A DNA stretch of 63,911 bases, counting the filler, from Reticulomyxa filosa (lineage: Eukaryota; Protista; Foraminifera): NCBI GenBank assembly GCA_000512085.1. It is 20 parts of 20 records of this genome, joined end to end, with 100 filler letters (N's around TTAATTAATTAA, not from the genome) between each part and the next. Parts side by side here need not be neighbours in the genome. Positions count along the whole stretch, not along the records: positions 22,949 to 25,987 come from ASPP01003821.1; positions 26,088 to 28,374 come from ASPP01027416.1; positions 28,475 to 31,903 come from ASPP01018311.1; positions 32,004 to 33,592 come from ASPP01028327.1; positions 33,693 to 40,474 come from ASPP01027693.1; 15 more parts are not named here. One strand, 5' to 3'. Under the pieces are notes generated by a model that made no database searches, was not told the origin of the DNA, and was given only the letters and a program-made list of their open reading frames with translations. A program made the position numbers and the translations under genes. Shown in pieces: positions 23,104-34,187 of this stretch. The first letter of the stretch is position 1, and every line of letters begins with the position of its first letter.

Positions 23104-23955
23104 TCATGTTTCAAAATTTTCGTACCAAGGAACAGACATGGCTGTATTTTTAAGGAGTCTGAAATCTCCAGCAGTGAAAGCGACAATATGAGAGATACAA
23201 TCCTTATTGAGCCATGGATTGAGCAAAGAGTGGAGCAAAGCTTTAGTCGAGACAAAGTAAGAGACAATGGCATGGTAACACTCAAAACACAGTCCATGAC
23301 GTTGCAAAGTGCAAGAAATGACCAATTCATTGTCGTATATATACCGAAAGCATAACATGCAAGCCATTTTGCCGTACCATTCATCATCGTACAATAAACT
23401 ATCTCGATAAAACCGAACACGTTCGAATATCCATTGTCGTGTGAACCGTATTAGTAACATGCTCTGTTTTGCATTTTCATTATGGATCGGTCGTCGGCAA
23501 AATAGGCATGGTACTTTCCATATACATGTTGGTGGGTATACGTACACCAAGATTTGCGTAGTGACCATTGAGGTTGTATTATTGCAATAATTGCCCTCAA
23601 AGTATTCTTCTCCATCGTAATCATGAAATATGTCTAAATATTCGCTGAGCAACGTCTGCATCATAGCTGCAAATATCTTCTTCAAATTCGTCTTGTCGTT
23701 GCCATTGAATAAAATATATGACAATTCCTTTGTCAAGTCCTTTGTGTCTTTGTGGATCGAGTTTTTCCTTATCTCACCCATCGACACGATCGTCGTCAGA
23801 ATACGGTCCTTCGAAATGTACATAACTCTGTACGTGTTATCTTCCAATACTTGAATTATCTTTCCGTCGATCCACATATCCTCCCCTTCCACCAGTATCA
23901 GTGGATGCTCCCCGACATCATATTTCACTTTTTCTACAGGATGCATAAATTTCAA
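23104..23955 (-). CDS. Hypothetical protein with a Tudor/Agenet-like N-terminus and a Cys-rich RING-like C-terminal region
   Basis: 283-aa intact ORF; YDVGE...MWIDGKIIQVLEDNTYRVMY; CLFC, CMLC, CTLQRHGLCFEC. Confidence 0.55.
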   Translation of the reverse strand: MKFMHPVEKVKYDVGEHPLILVEGEDMWIDGKIIQVLEDNTYRVMYISKDRILTTIVSMGEIRKNSIHKDTKDLTKELSYILFNGNDKTNLKKIFAAMMQTLLSEYLDIFHDYDGEEYFEGNYCNNTTSMVTTQILVYVYPPTCIWKVPCLFCRRPIHNENAKQSMLLIRFTRQWIFERVRFYRDSLLYDDEWYGKMACMLCFRYIYDNELVISCTLQRHGLCFECYHAIVSYFVSTKALLHSLLNPWLNKDCISHIVAFTAGDFRLLKNTAMSVPWYENFET

Positions 23956-24330
23956 TTGACTCTTGCAAGAAGGGGTTTTTTTTTTTGTTGCAAATAAAGA
24001 TAAATGACTTTGTTTTATTCTCCAACAATCTGATTAAAACATGCTGAGTTGAAAGTATTTAAAAGTTTGCATGAGCTTATTTTAACATCGCAAACAGTTC
24101 ACATTTTGAACCACTTGTTTAGTGATGCAAAAATTTGTTTGGAAATGTAAAAACTTCCTGCAAAGAGTGCATACATTAATTTAATTCCTTTTTTTTTAAA
24201 AAAAGAAAAACACATTTTTAAACTTGGTATCTTGGTCAGATTTTCCCTGCTTTCTTGATTCTCTCGACCCTAAACTTTTTTTTTCTCCTCTTCAAAACAA
24301 AAAAAAAAAACAAGTAGTGGTCAAAAGAGA

Positions 24331-25890
24331 CTAAAGTCCCCTTCGTCGAATATTTCTCGTGGTGTGGTTACGATTATTATATTGCACACCAGACGAATGT
24401 GTTAATTTGTGGATGGTGTACGAATAGTTGCCATATTCAAACGGAATCTATGGACAAAAAGGGAAAAAAAGAAAGCATCCATTGATCACTTTTTTTTTTT
24501 TTTTAAAAAAAAAGATTAAATAAAATAGCAAAAGTGTTTGCAATCGGTACAAACAGACCTTGGCCAATACAAGTGCACTTTCCAACATTGCACTAGTTAT
24601 GTCATCATAAGCATTGAACTCGCCATCTCCACCGTCCCATTCTATCGTTATCACGATGTTTTTAAGGCTTTGTTTTGCCATTGGGGGAAAAAAAAAAAAA
24701 AAAAAAGCAAGACAATGCAACGTACCCCAAACAACAGGTGTACGAACTTGAGTCCCTTTCGATCTTGAGGTGTCTGTGCAAGAAAAATAAGAAAGCGAGG
24801 AAAGGAAAACAAAAAAACAATGTTTGCGTATTTTTTTTTTTGTAAAATGTATAAAGTACAACACCGTAAACATATAAATATATATATGTACATATATATT
24901 TATATGTACATACATATATATATGTATATATAAACTTATAACCCAGAGTGATGGAATCGGATTGCTTGGTGGATTGAGATTTGCCAGATGAAACATGTCG
25001 TTGAATGAGTATCTTTCTGTTGTCCCGGCGGACTTGAAACCCAATGCCGGCGTCCAATTTTTCAAATCTCAGCTTATCATTCCCATTTCTATAATCGAAC
25101 TTTGGAATTTTTCAACGACGTTGTGGATGTGTTGTTGTTGTTGTTGTGTTGTAGTAGTTTGTTTGTTTGTTTACTCTATGTTCTACTCTACTCTACTCTA
25201 CTCTCCTCCTTTCCCCTTTATCAAACCATTCCTCCAAAAAAAAAATAAAAAATAAAAAAATAAACAAAACACAAAAAAGAATCACTTCACTGCTTCGCCA
25301 ATCTGAGCACGTTCAATCGTTTCGGAAATCTTTTGATTAAATGGGGCGAATGTTCCGTTGTCTTGAATGTATTCCTGTTCCATTTGAGAACGAGAGACAG
25401 ATAGATAGATTGATAGATAAATATATATACATATATATATATGTATATATATAGAGAGAGAAAAAAAAAAAAAAAAAAAAAAAAAAACGAGAAAGAAAAC
25501 AAGACTAAATAAAACAAAATAAAGTTTGGTTAACCCAAAGGACATATGAAGTATCTTGATCGCTATTTGACGTTGATTTGTCTTGTTTGCTGCGATTGTT
25601 CACTATGCATACCATTTACAAGCACGTAAACTTTTCCAAAAAAGCATGTGCGCATACACATATGTATATACATATATGTATGTGGTATATGAAGTGCTGT
25701 TGGAAGAAACAAGGACAATAGTAATGACAAAAATACCAGAAGTGCTGAAAAATCTCTCCGTGTCTTGTAATTGCAGGCGTTTTACCCTTCGAACATTTCG
25801 CACTTGTTTGCCCTGTTCATTGGCCTGCAGAGCAGTGTCTCGTGTAAATTTTACCCAAAAATATCTTTGATTTTCAATTTCCACTGTCGT
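24331..25890 (-). CDS. Multi-WWE-domain protein, multi-exon, 5' partial
   Basis: Exons read YFWVKF...QANEQGKQVRNVRR; W/EYIQDNGTFAPFNQKISETIERA; IEWDGGDGEFNAYDDITSAMLESA; YSYTIHK...VQYNNRNHTTRNIRRRGL*. Confidence 0.65.
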
Positions 25891-26319
25891 CTGTTATATA
25901 TATATATATATATATATGTATATGCATATACATATATGTATATATATATATACGTATACATATACATATACATATATATGTATATGTNNNNNNNNNNNNN
26001 NNNNNNNNNNNNNNNNNNNNNNNNNNNNNNNTTAATTAATTAANNNNNNNNNNNNNNNNNNNNNNNNNNNNNNNNNNNNNNNNNNNNCATATCTTAATAA
26101 TTATTTATTATTATCCATTTACTCTATTTATTTTTAAATTATTGGATATTTACTAAATTATAAGTAAAATGAAATATATTTTATAACATACATCACTTTA
26201 ACTTATAATTTTAAAATAAATGCTTTTCAAATAATAATAACAATAACATATCAACAAAAGTAAGATAACAAGTTTTTTAGATTAACTCCCAAACTGTTTG
26301 TAAAAATTAAAAAGATGAT

Positions 26320-26993
26320 TAGTTATGATTAGTGATATTAATGATATAAAAAATGAATAATTCTTTTAAATATTACTTTAAAAGTAATGTAAGAAATGTT
26401 GAAATTATTATATAATAAATTTTGAATAAAAGAAAGAACAAATATTAAAAAAAAGAAATACTTTCAATACTTTATCTCCAAGAAAGATCCATCAGGATCA
26501 GGTTTATTCAATTAAATATTTAAATGAAAAAAAGTATATATAATTAACTTGTTAGTGGACTCACTAACACGATTAATCCAAAAAAAATCGATAACATCGT
26601 AATACAAATCATCGCAGTTGGATCTTTACTAAAATTGACGACATATAACATCGCATCAACACTTACACTTTGTACAAGTATAATTCCACAATAATAAAAG
26701 AAATTTGAACGCTGACATTTAGCGACCATTTCCGATAAATATGTATTAGTTTGCATATCAACGATCTAAAAAAATTCGTGAAAATCTATCAAAAAATTCA
26801 TTTTTTGAACTTCAAAAAAATTTTATTTAATATCATTGTAAAGTATTGAAAGTATTTCTTTTTTTTAATATTTGTTCTTTCTTTTATTCAAAATTTATTA
26901 TATAATAATTTCAACATTTCTTACATTACTTTTAAAGTAATATTTAAAAGAATTATTCATTTTTTATATCATTAATATAACTAATCATAACTA
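26320..26993. repeat. Long inverted repeat: 155-bp arms (26320-26474 and 26839-26993) around a 364-bp spacer
   Basis: The arms are reverse complements with about one mismatch seen; both outer ends are TA. Confidence 0.9.
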
Positions 26994-27202
26994 GTTCCAA
27001 ATGTTATGGCATTATGCTTTTTATGTGGATAAAGTAACATAGTCATCTACTAACAATCTCTTTTCTTCAGCAAGCTAAGAAATTTCAAATTGGAATTTTT
27101 TAATCGAATGACTAGAGTTTTTTAAATAAAAATTAGGTGTTTATTATTATTAATACTTTATAATTAAAAAATAATTCAACTTTTTTTTACATTTTTACTC
27201 GA

Positions 27203-27345
27203 GTGCAAGTAACACGAGAAGGCCTAAGTTTCGGTGCCACTTCACGAGGCAAACAGTATCAATTAGAAATCAAATTTCGATTTCCAGTGAATCCAAAGAC
27301 AGTCCAGTATTCGATCAACGATTGTATCTTTTTTCAAAAAAGAAA
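27203..27345 (+). CDS. CS/p23-like domain fragment
   Basis: VTREGLSFGATSRGKQYQLEIKFRFPVNPKTVQYSIN resembles the p23/CS beta-sandwich; may be a relic. Confidence 0.4.
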
Positions 27346-27544
27346 CCTCGAATGCATGGCGACTTCATTGATTGGCCAAAAAAGCATAAATTTTTTTGTT
27401 TGTGTCCACATATATATTCACAATTCAATGTTTAAAAAAAAAAAGGGGACTTTTTTTTATTGAACGAGTCGTTTATAAAGAGTGTCAATGTCCTTATCGA
27501 CTAATCTCATTCATAGCATTGAATAATCATTACCAAACGCATGA

Positions 27545-28283
27545 AATGAAAGAAGAAAATGATATACTGACAATGCACTCGCAGAATAACAAAACCTCCA
27601 AAGTTGAGCCAAGGACAGAGCTAAGATACCGGGTATGCTGTCCCAGTTCCAATAAACAGTTGGACGAAGGACCATTTACAATGATAATAGACAAAAACAT
27701 GACCATGCTTGACTGGAAAAAAGCAGTAGCAAAGAAACACGAAATTGCCTATGATTCTCTAGTATTTGAAGAAAAAGAGGATATGGAAGATAATGAGCAG
27801 ATCGAATCCGAAAAGGAGTTTTGGAATCATTGCGCCTGTGCTACTGCAAAAGCTTCGTCTGCAAAGTTGGTTTCACAGACTCTACGTTTTAAAACAGTGA
27901 GAAAAAAAAACAACTGATTTTCAAAAACTGAGTTTGTTTTAATAATTAAAAAAAACTATAGATGTCCACCGGAGGCGTACGTAGACCGAAGAGAGTTATC
28001 AGAATGTGAGCAAAATGACAAGCCTCCTTCTCCTAAAGTGTCTAATAAAATACAAGATGCGATACAAAAGAGTGATGCAGATAAGATCAATACAGCGCTG
28101 TTGTGTGGAATGTGTCACAAGGATTTGCGTCTTCCTTGCGCTTCGTGTCACTCGCAAGAGCGGGCATTACAGGAATGTCCAATTACACAAGGTGATTGTA
28201 AGCATATGTTCCATGTCCATTGTCTGGAACAAGTGCTGCGATCTCGTTTTCGATGTCCAATTTGTGTGGCACAGTTGAGTTAA
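27545..28283 (+). CDS. Protein with a possible ubiquitin-like domain and a C-terminal RBX1/APC11-type RING-H2
   Basis: CGMCHKDLRLPCASC...CPITQGDCKHMFHVHCLEQVLRSRFRCPIC; upstream exon PFTMIIDKNMTMLDWKKAVAKKHEI; acceptor at 27961. Confidence 0.7.
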
Positions 28284-28330
28284 TACATTTTTTTTTATAA
28301 AGAAGACAGACTCTGATTTTTTTTTTTTTT

Positions 28331-28368
28331 GGATGGGGACTGGGGGATGGGGACTGGGGGATGGGGAC
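28331..28368 (+). repeat. G-rich 14-bp tandem repeat (GGGGGATGGGGACT) x ~2.7
   Basis: Directly visible; five runs of 4-5 G. Confidence 0.8.
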
Positions 28369-29529
28369 AAAAAANNNNNNNNNNNNNNNNNNNNNNNNNN
28401 NNNNNNNNNNNNNNNNNNTTAATTAATTAANNNNNNNNNNNNNNNNNNNNNNNNNNNNNNNNNNNNNNNNNNNNCTTTTTTGCTTTTCCCTTCCTTTGCT
28501 TTTTTTTTAAATTTGTTTCAGTACCCTTTATTTGCATTGACAATTTTTTTTTATGTGTTATTAACTTGTGCAAATTTTACGTTTATTTTTAGTTTTTCGT
28601 TTAATTTGAATTTTATTTTTAAAGATTTGTTCATTTAATGAAATTAGGTTATTTTTTGAATCGTTTCATTTTTTTTTTCATTTGCAAACTTTCCGCTCAT
28701 TGTCAATTTTTTTTTATTTATTATCACCTGTTCAGTCTGTTATTTTATACCTTTGTTTTTTATTTAATCAAACGTACAATTTAAATAGTTACTCAATTCA
28801 TTCATTTTCCCTTTATTGCCTTTAGTTTGTATTTTTTTTTAATTCTATTCAACAAAGTTCAAACATTTTCTGTGTTTTTTTATTTTTTTATAGCTTTTCT
28901 AAATTTTATTTTTTTAAAATTCAAGAGCTTTAAGTTTACAAATGTTTACACAAAAAAAATTGTCAGTATGGAACAGTTGTTTAATATTTAAAAAATTCTT
29001 GCTGTTATTTTTCTGATTGTGAAATAATTAGCACTTTTTTTAAAGATTTAAATAAAGCAAGCAAATCCAATTTTCTTGACGCAATTCAATATCGTAGTAT
29101 TTTTACTGCTTTAAAGGATTTACACGTGAAAGACATGTGTTAAAATTTTTATTTTTGCAAAAGGAAAAAAATCTTGGACGGAATACCTTTTTAAGCTGTC
29201 TCACAACCAGAAATAAACATCTTTTGGGTATAATTAAGACATGACGAATTGAATTCGCCGAGGTTGTATGCGATACACGCCGCCTCGGCGTCGTAATAGT
29301 CAGAGTACGTGTAGATGATGTTGTCACGGGCTAGCGAAACGATTGATTCAGCTCTGCGCTCATTCCTCGCATATGCAAGTCGGAGGAAATGACCAAATGA
29401 GTTCGACTACAAATTGCTTTTTTTTCCACTCGTTCCCTCCCCTTTTTTTGGCAACCACTTGCTCTTTTCTATAATCAAACTAGTACTAAACTGCATGTTT
29501 AATATACCATCAATTCCTTCGTGGAGGCT

Positions 29530-30814
29530 ATCTTTGCAAATCTTTTGTCAACTCGTCATTCGCTTTTTCGGTCGAATTGTTTTTTTTGTCGTCAACTGAC
29601 TTGCAAGAATAAAGATCGACGTCCACAACAGTCAATGATCAGATCGTACTTAACCGTCTGTTCCGCTTGGCGCGGTGAACACAAAGTTTGTCAAGTTGAA
29701 AAGTTCCAGACCATAGAGGAACTTGGAGTAGACATACTGCAACAAAAATTTGATGCTTTGTTGCGCCAATGACATTATGCAGGTGCAGCAGAATTTGCCG
29801 CTATTGCTGCCTTAAAAAAAATTCAATCCTCACCAGATTTACAGTATTACCAACTGCTGTTGAAACAAGGACTATTGAACAAATTGAAAAGTGTTGCGCA
29901 TTTTGCAATTTAAACCAGTTATTGACCGTAACGATGTTAAAGAATTTGCCCAAAGCTTAATGGATTAAAACTTTTTGTCTGCCAATGATGTTATGACTGT
30001 ATGCTTGTGAAGTGGCCAAAACGATGTCGAAAAAACAACTGAATTTTTGCTTGATTACTTGAGAAATCGTGGTAATCGAAAAGAAAATGCCGAATTGCAA
30101 ACAAATTATTGGAAGTCAATTTGCAAGTTCCCAAAGCTATTTTAGAATCCGAAGATTACAAATTTACTCATTACGATAAGACTTATATTGCAAGGTTATG
30201 CGAATCCTCTCGCTTATTTGATTGCGCTTTGGAATTTTACAAAGTTTAGTCAAATTAATTGTTGTATTTTTTTTTCGTATCGTTTTTGAAATCTAAATAT
30301 TTAATTGATATAACATAATTTGGACGGCATTAAGCGTGTTTTGCAAATTGGATTGATCAGACTTTTTGTTGAAATTCTTTGTGATTTGACACCATAAGAT
30401 GCATTGAATGTGTTGAAATATTCAAACAAACTTGTAGTTTGTTGTCCAAGTTGCCAAACGATATTCTAAACAATTGACAATTGAAAAATTGATGTAATTG
30501 TTTGAAGACTTTAAATGACTTGTGTTAACACTTTACTTATTTTCCCTTTTTTTCGATAATTAATGTTTGTTTTAAATTGTAATCAATAAATAGACTGTCC
30601 GTGCTTTACTTGTATTTGGGAAGTATGGTAAATTCCACCGAAAATGCTGATGTAGTTTTCAAATATATACAAGCTGCTGCTTAAGTGGATAAGTGGTACT
30701 AATTGAATTAATATGACGAGAAAATAGCCACTATAATCCTGAGAAAGTAAAAGCATTTTTATTTGAATAAAACAAAATCAAAGACCCTAGACTTTAATTC
30801 ACGTTTGTGATCGT
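29530..30814 (+). pseudogene. CHC: Clathrin heavy chain pseudogene (N-terminal to proximal fragments, with introns and deletions)
   Basis: QQKFDALLRQ*HYAGAAE, LQYYQLLLKQGLLNK, FLLDYLRNRGNRKENAELQT, AILESEDYKFTHYDKTYIARLCE, VVQVAKRYSKQLTIEKLM*LFEDFK, LYLYLGSMVNSTENADVVFKYIQAA, RENSHYNPEKVKAFL, LIHVCDR; many stops and frameshifts. Confidence 0.9.
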
Positions 30815-31429
30815 ACCCATGCATACAAAAGAATACGAAAACGTTAGAAGTTTTACAAATAGTTGGCAAATGTCCTAACGAAAAACTTTTTAAAAAGTGG
30901 TTTTTAGATAAAAAAATCCTACCAGTGGTCACGAATACAACTAAAGTTTTTTCCTTAACAATGACTCGAAAAGGGACCGGTGGCATTGACAATCATACTT
31001 TTTCATAAAAGGGCATGAACGAATCAGATACGATTTGTGACAACAATGTCGAGTAATCCTAATACTTGGGACCATTAAGTGTGTTGCCAAAAACAGTTTA
31101 AATCATATTCTTGTGAATATCCGACAAATGTCAAAGTATATCTAATATTTACTTTTCTTTGCAAGTTGTCATTACTTTTATCTTTGCTACTTTCACTTTC
31201 TCTTTTCGTTCATACAAAAATCTTTTTTTTTATAACAACGTAATTGATCCTTTGTCATTAGCAACTCTCGATTGTTGTTTTTCACTTAATTGATTATTGG
31301 AATTTTCAAACAACTCGTTTTTTACTGTTCAGTTAATCATATCACAAATTCTATTTTTATATGCAGTTACTTGTAGCTTTACATTTTATCTTAGAGTTCA
31401 ACAATGAAGTTATATAAACATGTTAAACT

Positions 31430-31868
31430 AAAAACAGTCATGTAGAACTTTTTAGGAGAAAAAAAAACATAGTTGACAGATGCACTCTTTAGAAAGATTT
31501 TATAAAAAGCTTTGCAATATGTCTTAAATGCTTGTTGTAAATCAAAAATTAGTTTCTTATTGGGAGTATAAAGTGGATTAAAATGATAACATTTTGTACT
31601 TTTGATAGACCGGACGAACAATGGAAAATTATCCATTTATTTTCTTTTATTGTTCACCAATTTGCGACAAAATCATTAATACCTTTTTCTGACGTATTTA
31701 TGTGCTAACTGCATATTTGCAAAAAAATTAATTTTGAAGAGAACTCTTTGTCATAAAAAAATTTTAAAAAACAATGAAAAAACATTGAACAAAGAATGAC
31801 TCTAAATTCAATGATTCAATCCAGAAATGATTCGTAAACTATTGACTGGAATTGTTTGAAATGAGTTT
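31430..31868. repeat. Dispersed repeat B, second copy
   Basis: Matches 16941-17456. Confidence 0.85.
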
Positions 31869-34187
31869 TCAAAAAAAATAATTATTATATATAATTGTAC
31901 ATTNNNNNNNNNNNNNNNNNNNNNNNNNNNNNNNNNNNNNNNNNNNNTTAATTAATTAANNNNNNNNNNNNNNNNNNNNNNNNNNNNNNNNNNNNNNNNN
32001 NNNTTACTTTGAAAAATTTTTGGCACAATGTCTTTCTCATTTTCCAATATGACTTTTCCTCAATCGTCGCATTGCTTTTCATCGTCGGACGATGACCATT
32101 TTCTAGTGTTGTTCCCATCACTTCCTTTATGTGCGTGTATGTGTACGTGTTTTCAAATATCCCATTGTCTTTATATATATGTATATCATATGTACATGTA
32201 TATATATATTATGTATATATAAAGGGACTTGCAATGATGCAACCAAGGTCTTTCCAATCGTTTCTAAACAGATTTAAGGGATACTTAAACAATGATGCGT
32301 TGCTTTTGGAACTGTATCTCACACACCCTTCCCAAAAGCAGTTTGGGTTTCCTCAGTTTGTTTTTCCCTTGATCAACACAAAGCCAAGCCAATGTTTGTC
32401 TTGCATGTTCTGCAACATTTTGGCATTGGCATTTGCAAATTTAAATCACACCCGAACACCATCTTTGACAACGGAATCAATATCACTTAATTCGCAAAAA
32501 TGCAAGCACTTTCTTTTCGATTTTTCGCAATGAGTGCAATTGAATTTTGAATTGAGTTTGGATTCTGTTGCACTTGAGATTGAAATTGACATTGAAATCG
32601 AAATTGAGATGGGTGTTTTGAATTCAAATTGGACAAAAATTCCAAAAACAGGACGATATTGATTCACCATTTGTGAAAGGCCAAAATGTTGCGTTGTTCA
32701 TCTACTGAAGGACACATCCGACCATAACACATATTTGGCCATGAAGACATTGATGAGCCAATCCAAGTGTTCTTTTGGACATGAGAAGATCTAAATTAGA
32801 ACGACGTTGAACATTTCTTCCATCCGTCGGCATGTCATTGATATTGCCATCATCAATAATCTCATTATCTAAACTATAACTACTGCCAATTCTACTATTC
32901 CCACGACTACTAATAGTAGCATTGCTTGCAAACATCTTGCAGCACAATTCTTTTAACGAGTTCAAGTCTCTTCGACTCAATATAAGCGACAGCCCATGAA
33001 ACCACAAATCGAATATAGTGCTACTCAGAGTCTTGCTTGACAAGTGAATCACAATGGTCTTTACACAAATGGGTAAGTCTTTCGCGCTTTCAAACTCCAA
33101 GATTTACTCACTATGTTCAGCACATTCGAGATCTTCACTTTGTCCAATCGATCCTACTGGTAGCACTTTACGTTTTTCAAATGTCTTCTGCCATTGTAAT
33201 GCATTTCACGAATAATCTTGGACTTAATTGGTATTGGTATACTTGCCATTGGGCAACTTCGTCTTTTGATCCTCTGTTGTGATCGTGGTCGTATGAATTA
33301 GAGTTGATAATACAGACCCTGCGACGGACTTAGACATTGATTGTTCATATACACGTGTGTGTTTGTCCATATCGAATTGAAGCCCATGGAATTACTTGTG
33401 TTCATCCCGCTCGCGTTTTGTTTATTCGCATTGTCTTTCATTAACTTGTGTTGTTCGTCTACAAGTTTTGACCAACGTTATGGTCAACATTTCTTTTCTT
33501 TTAAATTTTTTTTTTAAAACAAGTAACTTTGAGGATAGAAAAAGGTATTAACATGATGATTATGTATGACATAATTGTAAGCAAATGACTGGNNNNNNNN
33601 NNNNNNNNNNNNNNNNNNNNNNNNNNNNNNNNNNNNTTAATTAATTAANNNNNNNNNNNNNNNNNNNNNNNNNNNNNNNNNNNNNNNNNNNNTATTTAAA
33701 AAGTACACGATTTGTAGATATTTTTTAAAAAATTAGTCTGAATGTTGTTTTTTCATGTAGAAAATCAATCATATATATAATGTGCCGTTTTATGTGTCAA
33801 CTTTACTTTGCATTCGACTGTATAATCTTTTATTAAAATGATAATACAGTACAACAATACAAAGCTACAAATAGATTAAATTTCTCACATGTTTATTTTC
33901 GAAATAATATTTGCATATTGCAGTTCCACAGTAATGTTCTCAAATACTATTGCTATTGAAGTCAATTGTTTAAATCTTAAAGATCATATTCCAATGTCTA
34001 CAGTAATTGTCATATTATAACTGTGACACATACATTCATTATAAACTTTGCAAAAAAATTAAACACATCAATAACTGTTGGAAGCTTAATGATGTACTGT
34101 AGCACAACTCAAGGTAAATTTAAAAAATACGTAAATCGATACGCTGAGTTTTTTGTTTAGCACGAGTAGAGAGACGGGGGAAAAAAA

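Noticed and set aside
29660-29770. Minus-strand YSKFLYGLELFNLT resembling a LINE RT thumb motif
   Set aside because: The plus strand is clearly clathrin; chance antisense similarity
8499-30814. Stop-codon reassignment to explain in-frame TAA/TAG/TGA in ubiquitin, clathrin and WD40
   Set aside because: The same regions have frameshifts and deletions; intact genes have long stop-free ORFs and end in standard stops
32004-33592. Coding-like minus-strand region
   Set aside because: Fragmented frames and no recognisable motif
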